64,000 bases of DNA from a virus (Duplodnaviria > Caudoviricetes): positions 64,001 through 128,000 of IMG/VR virus record IMGVR_UViG_3300005611_000002; one strand, written 5' to 3'. The notes under the pieces were generated by a model that saw only the letters and a program-made list of their open reading frames with translations, was not told the origin of the DNA and made no database searches. Both the position numbers and the translations under genes were made by a program. This document shows, one piece after another, positions 44,477 to 53,665 of the stretch (the first letter of the stretch is position 1; each line of letters opens with the position of its first letter).

Positions 44477-44806
44477 TTATATCCAATACTTTTCGTTGGT
44501 ATAGTCTTGTGGAATTGGGTTCATAATCTCAATCTCGTCAGACTTAGCGCGGATAAACTTGATGGTATCCCAGATCAATTCCATTGCCAGAACTTCGTCT
44601 CGTTGCTCTTGGGTCCAGTTGGTTTCACCAATGCGCAGTAATTCTGCTGACCGTGCCAACATATTTCTTTGTTTGTATTCTGGTGCAATAGCAAGAATAC
44701 GACGAGATGCTTCTTGTTTGACCATATCTGCGGCGAGTGGAGGTGGGGGAGGAAAGTCACTGTCTGGGACTTCTATGATCTGACCGTTTTTTAATACTTT
44801 TGCCAT
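44477..44806 (-). CDS. fibre-associated / assembly chaperone-like protein
   Basis: follows fibre gene; VK.EA.RRI...P..KQ.N, C-terminal P.DY..EKYW. Confidence 0.6.
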   Translation of the reverse strand: MAKVLKNGQIIEVPDSDFPPPPPLAADMVKQEASRRILAIAPEYKQRNMLARSAELLRIGETNWTQEQRDEVLAMELIWDTIKFIRAKSDEIEIMNPIPQDYTNEKYWI

Positions 44807-45921
44807 TAGAGGGCCTCCTTGTAGCCGTAGAGGTAAATGGTTCCGGAGGTATAAGTCGCACTACCGCTGTAGAATGTTGCCCTCAACGAATTTACAAGGC
44901 TTGTTGTCGTAAGTTGACCGCGAGAGGTTATTCTATAAAAATCGGAAAAAGCGGAACCAGTTCCCGAACCCATGGTCGATACGTTTGTGGCGGAAATTAT
45001 TAAATCGACCAAAACGGATATGTCCGCATTCAAACCAACTGAAAAGCCTATGCCGCTGTCAGCATCACTATTTGAGACGGCGGTTGATGATCCGCCAATA
45101 TCTGTAGCTGAGCAGTAATTATTATGTGTTGACGTAGATATAAAGGAAGAGCCGCCGTCAGTTGAAAAACGCAATATAGGATAACCGTTATTAGTGCCAA
45201 CATCGTTGAAGACTAACCGAAAATTTTTATAGCCAGAAGGCAAATCAAAATCCACAGCATTGACTGAGGCTGTGATTGTCTCCACTGCCAACAACTCAAG
45301 ACCGCCTCCACCGCCACCGCTACTAGAATCAATCCAATCATAATCAACTCCAGTCCACGACAGCACTTGATTATTTGCTGCGGTAGATGTATTCAAATGA
45401 TTATCTACGTCATTGTCTGTATATGAAGATGTAGTTCCTTGAATACCCTGAGTACCTTGAAGACCTTGGATACCCTGTTCGCCTGTAGTACCTTGAATGC
45501 CTTGAGTACCTTGAATGCCCTGTTCGCCTGTAGTACCTTGAATGCCAAGATCACCCTGAGTACCTTGTGTGCCTTGAACACCTTGAATGCCAAGATCACC
45601 TTGAATGCCTTGTGCACCCTGAAGACCTTGTACACCTTGTACACCTTGTGTGCCTTGAACACCCTGAATACCCTGAAGACCTTGTGTACCTTGAACACCT
45701 TGTACACCTTGCGTACCCTGAAGACCTTGTGTACCTTGAACACCTTGTACACCTTGCGTACCCTGAACACCTTGAATGCCTTGAATGCCTTGAATGCCTT
45801 GAATGCCTTGAAGACCTTGTGTGCCTTGTGCACCCTGAACACCTTGAATGCCTCTTTCTGTGCTCTTATTCCCAAAAGAAATCACAGATGGTTCTTGAAC
45901 GGTTACTTTAATATTCGCCAT
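44806..45921 (-). CDS. collagen-like fibre (whisker position next to gp13)
   Basis: long G-X-Q tract, VLSW.G..Y.W, poly-G linker, beta-rich head. Confidence 0.8.
   Translation of the reverse strand: MANIKVTVQEPSVISFGNKSTERGIQGVQGAQGTQGLQGIQGIQGIQGIQGVQGTQGVQGVQGTQGLQGTQGVQGVQGTQGLQGIQGVQGTQGVQGVQGLQGAQGIQGDLGIQGVQGTQGTQGDLGIQGTTGEQGIQGTQGIQGTTGEQGIQGLQGTQGIQGTTSSYTDNDVDNHLNTSTAANNQVLSWTGVDYDWIDSSSGGGGGGLELLAVETITASVNAVDFDLPSGYKNFRLVFNDVGTNNGYPILRFSTDGGSSFISTSTHNNYCSATDIGGSSTAVSNSDADSGIGFSVGLNADISVLVDLIISATNVSTMGSGTGSAFSDFYRITSRGQLTTTSLVNSLRATFYSGSATYTSGTIYLYGYKEAL
45436..45852 (-). repeat. 9-bp-period collagen (G-X-Q) repeat
   Basis: ACCTTGAAT/ACCTTGTAC/ACCCTGAAC units on + strand. Confidence 0.9.
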
Positions 45922-46265
45922 TATGTCGGCACCCTAGTAATAGTTTCTACTATAAACAATAATCCCTCTAATATCTTTTCAACACTGTTATTGTCATCTA
46001 TCATGATAACGTCGTATTGATACTTTCCTGGATTCAAGTCTTTAGTTTGTTCTCCAGTAATCGTTATTGATATATCATTAGCTGGATCGCCAGCAATTAT
46101 AGAAACGTTTGCATCAAAGAGTTTAGATGTAGAATAAAGTTTTTTTACACTACAATAAAAACTAAACTCATCAGTTATGTTGTAGGTACTATTAGCTGAC
46201 TCCAACTGTAATGTCGTATAAAAGTCTGTACCTTGGTCGATATATAAATTTACTCTTGCGGCCAT
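45921..46265 (-). CDS. small Ig-like virion structural protein
   Basis: NL.IDQGTDF, L.PGKY.YDV, .ILEG; TATAAATA at 46291-46298. Confidence 0.7.
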   Translation of the reverse strand: MAARVNLYIDQGTDFYTTLQLESANSTYNITDEFSFYCSVKKLYSTSKLFDANVSIIAGDPANDISITITGEQTKDLNPGKYQYDVIMIDDNNSVEKILEGLLFIVETITRVPT

Positions 46266-46316
46266 GTTTCCCACACTTCTTGTTTTATTCTATTTATATC
46301 TTTTTTACTTTTTTGG

Positions 46317-46345
46317 TTGACATACTTCGTAGAGTGGCGTATAAT
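46317..46345 (+). promoter_or_regulatory. perfect-consensus sigma70 promoter antisense to the modification cluster
   Basis: TTGACA-N17-TATAAT; no + strand gene downstream. Confidence 0.7.
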
Positions 46346-46394
46346 AGAATTAAGGTTCTGAAAGATAACCGTATTAATTCAGTATAGTGTCCAA

Positions 46395-47582
46395 TTATGA
46401 ATAGAATAGATAAGGAATGATATAGTTCTTATCGTTGTTCATATACATCAATCGTTGATGAACAGTGGGTTCACAGCATGTCCACCAATCTTCATAACTG
46501 TCATTTGGATTGAATGCTATATCGTTGGCAACAAGTTTGTATCCAGCATCCTTTAAGATCTTTCTTGACTCTTCTTTAATTTCGTTTCCTAATCGATAAG
46601 TATCATGTTCAAAGTGTATCACTGAAAACTTATAATGATCAAATGGAATTTGCTTTAATATATCAAGTGAAGCTTCATCGCAGTCTATTTGTAAATAATC
46701 TATTTGGTGAGGAGCACAAGATTCGTCTAAAAGTGAACGATAATCAATTTCTGTTGCGTCAGCGCATATAATTGAATTTCTTCTTTTTTCCGAAAATAAA
46801 TAACACGATTCTCGATTTGAGTCAATCGATATTCCTTTCCAATTAAATTGAGTCTCAAGAAGAGCAGTATTATTCGTGTCAAATGGATGACCACTTCCAA
46901 TTTCAAGATAAAATCCTTCTGTCTTCCCATTTAGAAAAGACAGTATAAACATGTCCTGCATGTGTTTCGAATAGTTTTTCTCGACAATTTCAATACCAGG
47001 AAATGGATAGCGATAACGATTTAAATCGCGATCTTTCTTATACATAATTGTGTCTGGGTAACCGAAGCGAGAAAGAAACTCTTTTGGTGCACTTTCAAGA
47101 GGAAATGAACGAGATAATTCTAAAATAATCTCTTTTGACTTATCTATAAGACCTATGTTCCAGCTGCTTTCTGCTATTAAAAGTTGAAAGTGAAGATATT
47201 CTTTTGTTGTATTGTCAACTAATGAACATCCTTGAGTAGCATAAAGAAGACACTCTCTCCATTTCTTTTGCTTAAGATAAAAATTCGCTATCTTTTCATA
47301 TGCAGTCGACTTATTTCCGTCAATTGTAATCGCATATTGCAAAAGTCCTTCGACAGTATAAAACCGTGATCCCTGTTGTGAAAAACAATCTGCACTGTTA
47401 ATAAGAGAAACGTATTTCATGTTTTCGTCGTCTGTCAATTCTGCGGCTCTAATGTAAAAAGACACTGCAGACGCATATTGCTTCATTTCGTGATATGTTT
47501 CCGCTATATTAAAATTTCTAGATGCGTCTGTGGGTTTCATTGCGTAGTTATAAATTGCGTGATTTAAAGAATCCAACGTCAT
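46395..47582 (-). CDS. TPR + FkbM-like methyltransferase
   Basis: helical TPR-like N-terminus; YS...QD.F, YLEIG.....NNT..LE....W.G.SID, IDYL.ID. Confidence 0.75.
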   Translation of the reverse strand: MTLDSLNHAIYNYAMKPTDASRNFNIAETYHEMKQYASAVSFYIRAAELTDDENMKYVSLINSADCFSQQGSRFYTVEGLLQYAITIDGNKSTAYEKIANFYLKQKKWRECLLYATQGCSLVDNTTKEYLHFQLLIAESSWNIGLIDKSKEIILELSRSFPLESAPKEFLSRFGYPDTIMYKKDRDLNRYRYPFPGIEIVEKNYSKHMQDMFILSFLNGKTEGFYLEIGSGHPFDTNNTALLETQFNWKGISIDSNRESCYLFSEKRRNSIICADATEIDYRSLLDESCAPHQIDYLQIDCDEASLDILKQIPFDHYKFSVIHFEHDTYRLGNEIKEESRKILKDAGYKLVANDIAFNPNDSYEDWWTCCEPTVHQRLMYMNNDKNYIIPYLFYS

Positions 47583-48586
47583 CAGTTTTTCTCCAATAAT
47601 TTTTCAAAACATGTAAATGGAATTGAGAGTAAGTAAGCAGCATTATCTTGAAATCCAAATGATATAAGAACTCTATCTTTTTGTATTGAAAGACCAGTTG
47701 CAAACTCAATTTCACCTTTCAAGAATGTAAATACATCTGTAGAACGAACTATATTCCAATTCTTATCCCACATTATGATTCTATGCATATACTTGCCATT
47801 CTTTCTTCCATGAAAATCGCCGTAAAGGTCTACCTCATGAGTAATAGCTATTTTGTAATCCTTTTTCCAAGTGACTACTTGTGAGCCACCTCTTAGATCT
47901 CGCGAAAATTTATATCTCTTGTTTTCATCCAATAATGTTGTTGTTGTTGTTTTTTCATCCATATCAAAGTAAACTACTTCTGTTGGATTACACCATTTTA
48001 CCCAATGAAATGGCTCGTCAAGTACTGGCATCCAATTCTTTTCGCAATAACTTGTATTTGGAGCTGGTGCTGGTATTGAATCTCTTGAGAGCTCATGGTA
48101 TTCGCCATCAGCAAAAATTATTCTCGAAAGATCCATTCTTCCAGTTCCTTTATCGTCAATATGATCGCGTCGAACGCCACACAAATACAATTTATCATCC
48201 CATTTAAATAGTCTAGCATCTTCTAAACCAATAAAATTCCACTTTGGTTGAGTATCGTACTTCATTGATACTGGGTATACGCCGACAGTATTTAATTCAG
48301 AATCTAAATGCGCTATGAAATTATTTGTTCTAAGTTTTAGATCATCTTCAGGATGTATGTATTGAAGAGGACCCCATTGGTGAGGAAATCCATTTCCTTC
48401 ACTATGATATAATGTATAATTGACATGTCTTATATTGACAAGGATTGAATCACCATCAATGAAAACAGATGGATTCATCAGCCCCGTTCCACCGCTATTT
48501 TTAGAATCTACAACCAAAGGAACAATAGAACCTCCGTTTTCAATAGCATAGTGGCACAATCCATATAATGATATCTCACGATTCAT
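47582..48586 (-). CDS. five-bladed propeller glycosidase/phosphorylase-like (GH43/GH130-like)
   Basis: NPSV, GLEDARL, EKNW.P, LRGGS, EF..GL, SFG..D. Confidence 0.7.
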   Translation of the reverse strand: MNREISLYGLCHYAIENGGSIVPLVVDSKNSGGTGLMNPSVFIDGDSILVNIRHVNYTLYHSEGNGFPHQWGPLQYIHPEDDLKLRTNNFIAHLDSELNTVGVYPVSMKYDTQPKWNFIGLEDARLFKWDDKLYLCGVRRDHIDDKGTGRMDLSRIIFADGEYHELSRDSIPAPAPNTSYCEKNWMPVLDEPFHWVKWCNPTEVVYFDMDEKTTTTTLLDENKRYKFSRDLRGGSQVVTWKKDYKIAITHEVDLYGDFHGRKNGKYMHRIIMWDKNWNIVRSTDVFTFLKGEIEFATGLSIQKDRVLISFGFQDNAAYLLSIPFTCFEKLLEKN

Positions 48587-49370
48587 AATCTTCTCCTAAT
48601 ACATTCTTTACCTTATTCATATCTGCACATGTATACGCCTGATATTGACTTTTCAATTTCTCTGGAAATGGAATTGTTTTTATTACAGCATCGTGTTTTT
48701 TCGCTACTTCCTCTGCAATTGAAAGAAAACTTCTAGGTTGGCCCGTCCCAATGTTAAATATTCCAGATATATTCTTGTTCATAAATTTTCTGTGATAGTA
48801 ATAAACAAGCTCTATTGGAACGAAATCACGGCAAAAATGCTCGGATCCTTCAAATACTCTTATTCTTCCATTGTTGATTGCTTGCTTTTGAAATGTGTAA
48901 AAAGGACTTGCTTGTTCGTCTTTACAAGACTCGCCTTCACCATAAACATTGAAATATCTAAATCCCTGCTTTATAATACTCACTTCTCTTTTTTGTATAT
49001 ATCTTTCTAGTAAATCTTTTGATCTAGCATAAAAGCTCATCGGAAACGTTTCAGATTCTTCTGAAAAATTGTCTCTGTAAAGAGATGCAGACGAACTCCA
49101 TTGAAAGTTAACATCGTGTTTTACACATAATTCAAATAGTTCTATCGGCCATGAAACGTTAAGATCCATGATCTTTTCTATGTTGTCTTCTGTTGTAGAG
49201 CTCACAGCTCCTGCGTGTACTACCCAGTTGTATTTTTCTATATTCAATAAATTTGGTCTGATATAACCATCTTTTATATCATAACGGTTTACTTTATGAC
49301 CTTCTTTTTCCAAACAGTTAGCAATTTGACTTCCTATAAAACCTTTAGTTCCTGTAACGAGTATTTTCAA
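48576..49370 (-). CDS. hldD: ADP-L-glycero-D-manno-heptose 6-epimerase-like
   Basis: TG..GFIG, H.GA.SSTTE, SSSAS.Y, Y..SK, RYFNVYG..E..K, YQ.YT.AD. Confidence 0.85.
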   Translation of the reverse strand: MKILVTGTKGFIGSQIANCLEKEGHKVNRYDIKDGYIRPNLLNIEKYNWVVHAGAVSSTTEDNIEKIMDLNVSWPIELFELCVKHDVNFQWSSSASLYRDNFSEESETFPMSFYARSKDLLERYIQKREVSIIKQGFRYFNVYGEGESCKDEQASPFYTFQKQAINNGRIRVFEGSEHFCRDFVPIELVYYYHRKFMNKNISGIFNIGTGQPRSFLSIAEEVAKKHDAVIKTIPFPEKLKSQYQAYTCADMNKVKNVLGEDYES

Positions 49371-49723
49371 TTTTGACTATCTCCGGGTCTAATACGATAA
49401 TTATCTTTTATTGAGTCAGCTGTAGACACTTCTATAATGGTTCCTTCCTCTACGCATTCAAGTTGATGAGGAACGAGAGGATGATTTCGCCAAACATCAC
49501 CCTTTTTTAGTATTACTTCATGTTCTTTAGAATTTATCGTTTCGATATATCGCAGCTTAAAGAGACCTTCTAGAACATACCATGTTTCGTCCTTTTCAAC
49601 ATGAAAATGCATTGAAAACTTCTTATCTTTCTTAAAGTGCAGAAACTTGCCGCAATATTTGTCGTTTGTAGTCCAAATAAATTCGTGGCCCCACCCCTTT
49701 TCAATATGACCATCATTTCTCAT
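49367..49723 (-). CDS. cupin sugar isomerase-like protein
   Basis: KGWG.E, YCGK.L, SMHFH..KDETWY, HQL, EVST. Confidence 0.75.
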   Translation of the reverse strand: MRNDGHIEKGWGHEFIWTTNDKYCGKFLHFKKDKKFSMHFHVEKDETWYVLEGLFKLRYIETINSKEHEVILKKGDVWRNHPLVPHQLECVEEGTIIEVSTADSIKDNYRIRPGDSQN

Positions 49724-50562
49724 TTTAATATCTCCTTTAAATCCGGTGCATAGCAACCTCTGTGTTGTATTGTAATCCTCGCAGCCATATTAGCAAACGC
49801 AATAGCTTTATCTATGTCTTGTGTTATATGATACATGAACGAAACTGCCGCAAGAAATGTATCTCCAGCACCGATTACATCTATAAAAACTATAGGCATG
49901 ACTGGAAACCAACGTTTGGTTTCTGGTTGAGGATAAAAAACCACACCGTCCTGCGCACAAGTAACAATAGTGTTAGGACAATCACTTGTCCTTGCGTTGT
50001 ATTCAGACTCATTGATCTTTATAAATGCGCCATCAAAACGAGCAAGGTCTTTTTTCTTCGTATCTATGAATACTGTCGCATTTCTTTCTTTTGCGAGGAA
50101 TATGAGAGTTTCAATTTCTTCGTATGAGAGCGTACCTTTGTCATAATCAGAGATGATCACTAAATTGGCGCCCAATTCCGTGATAGCACTTTTAGCTTTT
50201 TCAAATACTTTTTCTTTGTGTTTTGCGCTTAAAGATTCATCTACTCTAAAAAGCTGCTGCTTAAACTTTCGGTCTACATAACGGTTCTTCTTCTCTGTAA
50301 AGTGAGCAGTGAAGATATGGTTTTCATTTAGATCATCGCATAGCTTAAGTATATTGTCATTGACATTTGCACACATACCATTTTTTATGTGCGTTTGAAC
50401 ATGTTTAAAGACTGGAACTGGAGCTTCTGGACTTATTCTTGTAACGTCACCGTAATGATAATAATCCCAACAGGCGTCACCTGTTACTAATACTTTCAAT
50501 GATTTGAGTTGAGGAGAATTTTGTATCTCGTTCAAAGAAAATAACTGATTTAGCATATTCAC
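49720..50562 (-). CDS. PfkB kinase, HldE domain I (heptose-7-P kinase); true start probably near 50499
   Basis: GD...D.Y..G.V.RISPEAPVPV, ISDY.KG, K.N..E, DV.GAGDTF. Confidence 0.85.
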   Translation of the reverse strand: MNMLNQLFSLNEIQNSPQLKSLKVLVTGDACWDYYHYGDVTRISPEAPVPVFKHVQTHIKNGMCANVNDNILKLCDDLNENHIFTAHFTEKKNRYVDRKFKQQLFRVDESLSAKHKEKVFEKAKSAITELGANLVIISDYDKGTLSYEEIETLIFLAKERNATVFIDTKKKDLARFDGAFIKINESEYNARTSDCPNTIVTCAQDGVVFYPQPETKRWFPVMPIVFIDVIGAGDTFLAAVSFMYHITQDIDKAIAFANMAARITIQHRGCYAPDLKEILK

Positions 50563-50875
50563 TTCCTATCACTTTTTCATTTCTATAATCAGACCCGACT
50601 ATCATTACATCGGGATTGTAAACCTTGACTATATTTATTAATTCTTCATCAGAGTCGAATACACAAACTTCATCAACGCCCTTGACGTGGCGCATCATTG
50701 TAGATCTAAATTCTTGATTATTTATTGGCCTATTAATTCCTTTACGCTCACGAATTCTTCTGTCAGAATCAATGGCGACTAGTAGATAGTCGCCAGTATT
50801 AGATGCAAAAGTGAGTAGTTGCATATGTCCAGGGTGGAGCAGATCAAATGTTCCATTAACAAAAATTTTCACCAT
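50477..50875 (-). CDS. HldE domain II (heptose-1-P adenylyltransferase)
   Basis: NGTFDLLH.GH, KG..RPI, G.DY, SST.II. Confidence 0.85.
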   Translation of the reverse strand: MVKIFVNGTFDLLHPGHMQLLTFASNTGDYLLVAIDSDRRIRERKGINRPINNQEFRSTMMRHVKGVDEVCVFDSDEELINIVKVYNPDVMIVGSDYRNEKVIGSEYAKSVIFFERDTKFSSTQIIESISNR

Positions 50876-51564
50876 TCGTTCGTCCAATGATTAACTCCAT
50901 TTTCGTTATAAAATTTTCTCTTTTCTATTTCGTGATCGAATGGCGGAACACCACTAAACATCACAGTGTTATAAGGAGGTTCTTCTTTTATTGTAACACA
51001 AAAATTAAATTTTTTGAGCTCATCTCGTAACATACTTATCGTGAAAGATTCATTAATGTGTCCAGTGATTGCAATCATAATGCCATGTAAATATGTTTGC
51101 GGACCTAAGAAATAAATGCTATTTGCACCGCGAGCTCTTCTATTCAAGTTTAGTTTGAGAGTTTCTGCAAAGATAGGATTCTGTGGTGCACTGCACATAA
51201 AATCATGTGAAAAATCATGATCTAAACATGTAGGAAGTACAAGACGTGTTTTATCATTAACTATATCTTCGAGAGAACGATTACATAATCTATCTATATC
51301 TGTATATAAACCGCCTTCATTATAGATTTTAATAAGTCTCCAAACATCTATCTTTTCAACGATATGTTTATGTTCAAGATTTTTCCAATCATTTTTAGAA
51401 AGATTTAATTTTAAATAAGCATTTACATCTTCATCGTCGCTTATTTCGATAAACCAGTCTGGCATTAGATGCATCATTTTATGAACAGTCATATCTAGAA
51501 ATTTGCTATTCATCGAAAGTATATTCTTGTTTTTCCAAGTTAGATGTATTTTCTTGGGTATCAC
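50869..51564 (-). CDS. GT32 / OCH1-like DxD glycosyltransferase
   Basis: IPK.IH.TW, D.WR...IY.EGG.Y.DID, GP. Confidence 0.8.
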   Translation of the reverse strand: MIPKKIHLTWKNKNILSMNSKFLDMTVHKMMHLMPDWFIEISDDEDVNAYLKLNLSKNDWKNLEHKHIVEKIDVWRLIKIYNEGGLYTDIDRLCNRSLEDIVNDKTRLVLPTCLDHDFSHDFMCSAPQNPIFAETLKLNLNRRARGANSIYFLGPQTYLHGIMIAITGHINESFTISMLRDELKKFNFCVTIKEEPPYNTVMFSGVPPFDHEIEKRKFYNENGVNHWTNEW

Positions 51565-52088
51565 TGTTCGCCTATCAATGTATAGCAAAGTAGTAGTTTT
51601 TCTTCAAAGCTGTGAAAAACCCACGGACGATAAAAGACTGCATCATTTTGTCTTACATTCATTACTGTTTCAATTATCCAATCATCTAGATTATGATAGT
51701 CGAATTCGTAGGCGTCAAGAGCAGTTGTTGCTCCAGATACATGGCTATACGTCGTGAAAGTAGTGTCTTCTAGTGCTATAGCAAGACGCCACTCGTTTAG
51801 ATCGTCAAACTCTTCAAAATGTATGAGATTATGATATGGTCTGCGAAAAGTTCCAGATTTTTCTTCATCTAGCTTTACAAAATCCCCGATCATACCACCA
51901 AATACCATGTCCATTTCAGGAAATATCAAATTTAAATCCGCATTTTGATATCCATATGCCATTGGATAATAGTGAATTAAATCTTTAACCGCGTTCTTGC
52001 AGCTTTCAGCTTCGCCTTCGGGAAGAAAGTTTCTGGCGTGTATATAGTTGAGAAAACTTCTGTTAACTTGAAAATTTTTGTTGCTCAT
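51561..52088 (-). CDS. degenerate 2OG-Fe(II) oxygenase-like (DUF6445-like) protein
   Basis: IH, W.....V....N.AVFY.P..FHS; weak similarity to 53060-53665. Confidence 0.5.
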   Translation of the reverse strand: MSNKNFQVNRSFLNYIHARNFLPEGEAESCKNAVKDLIHYYPMAYGYQNADLNLIFPEMDMVFGGMIGDFVKLDEEKSGTFRRPYHNLIHFEEFDDLNEWRLAIALEDTTFTTYSHVSGATTALDAYEFDYHNLDDWIIETVMNVRQNDAVFYRPWVFHSFEEKLLLCYTLIGEQ

Positions 52089-52990
52089 TTTACTAAACTT
52101 AATATCCTTTGAAGATCATTTTCGTAGAATTCCATTGTTTTTTCATTTAGATTATCTGCAAATTCACAATCAATTTGTGATAAACGAATTGGTGAATAAG
52201 TTGGTGCAACTCCGTTTGTGTATATTTTAAAATGGTTTGGATATGATATATTTTCCGCTAATGTTGAGCCAAGTATAACAGTTCCCGGCTTATTGAAAGC
52301 TCTTGCTATATGTTGTCCTACACTATCAACACCGATGAAGTAATCACAATTTGCAATAAGACTCATGTACATACGAAGATCAGCTCCTTTATCGAAAAAG
52401 TTTACTGAATAATCGTCTCCGGGATGATAAAAATCTTTTTCGCCAAAGAATATGACAGTATTATCTCTACTCAGCTGATAAATGAGTTGCAGAGTAAAAT
52501 CTACATCAAGACTTCGATTTGTATTATCATAAGGACGATTGTCAACTAGCTGCATTCCACTTCCATAAGGTTGCAATACGATTGTTCTGCTCTTTCCAGT
52601 TTTAGCTATTGCTTCACTTAAAAGTGTTTTAGAAGCAATCATCTCTTGCTTCGTGATATACATGTTCGGCTTGTCTAGATCACTCGCAGAACCATTAATA
52701 CTTATATCAAAACATTCTGTGAGATGCTTTTTTTCATCATAATATTGATACATCTGGTAAGGCTCAGGATGAACTATACGTCGCCCCTTCATATGAAGAT
52801 CAAAAGTGCCTTTTTGATTTATGTTAAATGTTCTATTTTGAAGTACAGGATGAGCCCAATATAGACTTTCCCACGCCGCAGTTAAAATCCTAAAATCGTC
52901 CTCAGGATTTTCTATCGCATATCTTTCTAGTGCTGGAATTGCTGTAACGAGTCTACCTGCGCCGCCGTCAATAATAAAAGTTGTATTCAT
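52085..52990 (-). CDS. GT9 heptosyltransferase-like glycosyltransferase
   Basis: GG.G....IPAL, I..CD.FIG.DS..QH.A.A..KP..V..G.T. Confidence 0.8.
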   Translation of the reverse strand: MNTTFIIDGGAGRLVTAIPALERYAIENPEDDFRILTAAWESLYWAHPVLQNRTFNINQKGTFDLHMKGRRIVHPEPYQMYQYYDEKKHLTECFDISINGSASDLDKPNMYITKQEMIASKTLLSEAIAKTGKSRTIVLQPYGSGMQLVDNRPYDNTNRSLDVDFTLQLIYQLSRDNTVIFFGEKDFYHPGDDYSVNFFDKGADLRMYMSLIANCDYFIGVDSVGQHIARAFNKPGTVILGSTLAENISYPNHFKIYTNGVAPTYSPIRLSQIDCEFADNLNEKTMEFYENDLQRILSLVK

Positions 52991-53059
52991 TGTCTAGAAT
53001 CTACTCCATGATGTTTAGGTAGACGAAATGTCTATCTATCGTTAATATTTTATTCTTAT

Positions 53060-53665
53060 TCATCTTTCAAACTTCAAAAAGAAAACCTGTGTAAGTCTAC
53101 CATCTTGAATTGATGATCCGAAGTAATCATTAGATTTATGAAACTCATCGCCTTTGTACATGATTAGACGGTTGTATACATTTCCAAACACGTCGATTGG
53201 AGTAAAAATCTTTTCATAATTTGTTCTATCTTCAAATCTGTTAAGTTTTTTCATTTCGTCTATATCAAGAGAATGCCATGCATTGTGATCATTGCAACGA
53301 TAGATAGTAGTGCCAGAAGAAACGGGAGCATTTGGTGTGAGATATAAAACCGCAGCTACGTCAACGTCGTTATCTTGATGTACCCACGAATCGCCATCGC
53401 TTGAAGTACAAACTTGAAAATAACTTTTTATAGATACTTGCGCGTTCATGAAGTTTTTTGTAGCTAAATTGGAAACTTCGGTCAAGACAACATTTGCATA
53501 ATCAATATCTAAATCCATTATGTGATCAGTTCGAACACCTGGCCAACTTGTATGTTGGCCTATTCTTTCTGAAAATTCTTTTGCATTATAAAACTTGTTT
53601 GTTAAAGCCCAGGATCTAATTACGTTTGGATATGGGAAAAAGTTATCAACTACTAAACTTTGCAT
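53060..53665 (-). CDS. 2OG-Fe(II) oxygenase (DUF6445-like)
   Basis: VVDNF, PG.R, WVH.D, AAVLYL.P....SGT, YNRL..Y....FH, RLTQVFF. Confidence 0.8.
   Translation of the reverse strand: MQSLVVDNFFPYPNVIRSWALTNKFYNAKEFSERIGQHTSWPGVRTDHIMDLDIDYANVVLTEVSNLATKNFMNAQVSIKSYFQVCTSSDGDSWVHQDNDVDVAAVLYLTPNAPVSSGTTIYRCNDHNAWHSLDIDEMKKLNRFEDRTNYEKIFTPIDVFGNVYNRLIMYKGDEFHKSNDYFGSSIQDGRLTQVFFLKFER

Noticed and set aside
45405-46020. Long alternative-frame ORFs over collagen tracts (also 62221-62757)
   Set aside because: Artefacts of 9-bp periodic repeats that lack stops.
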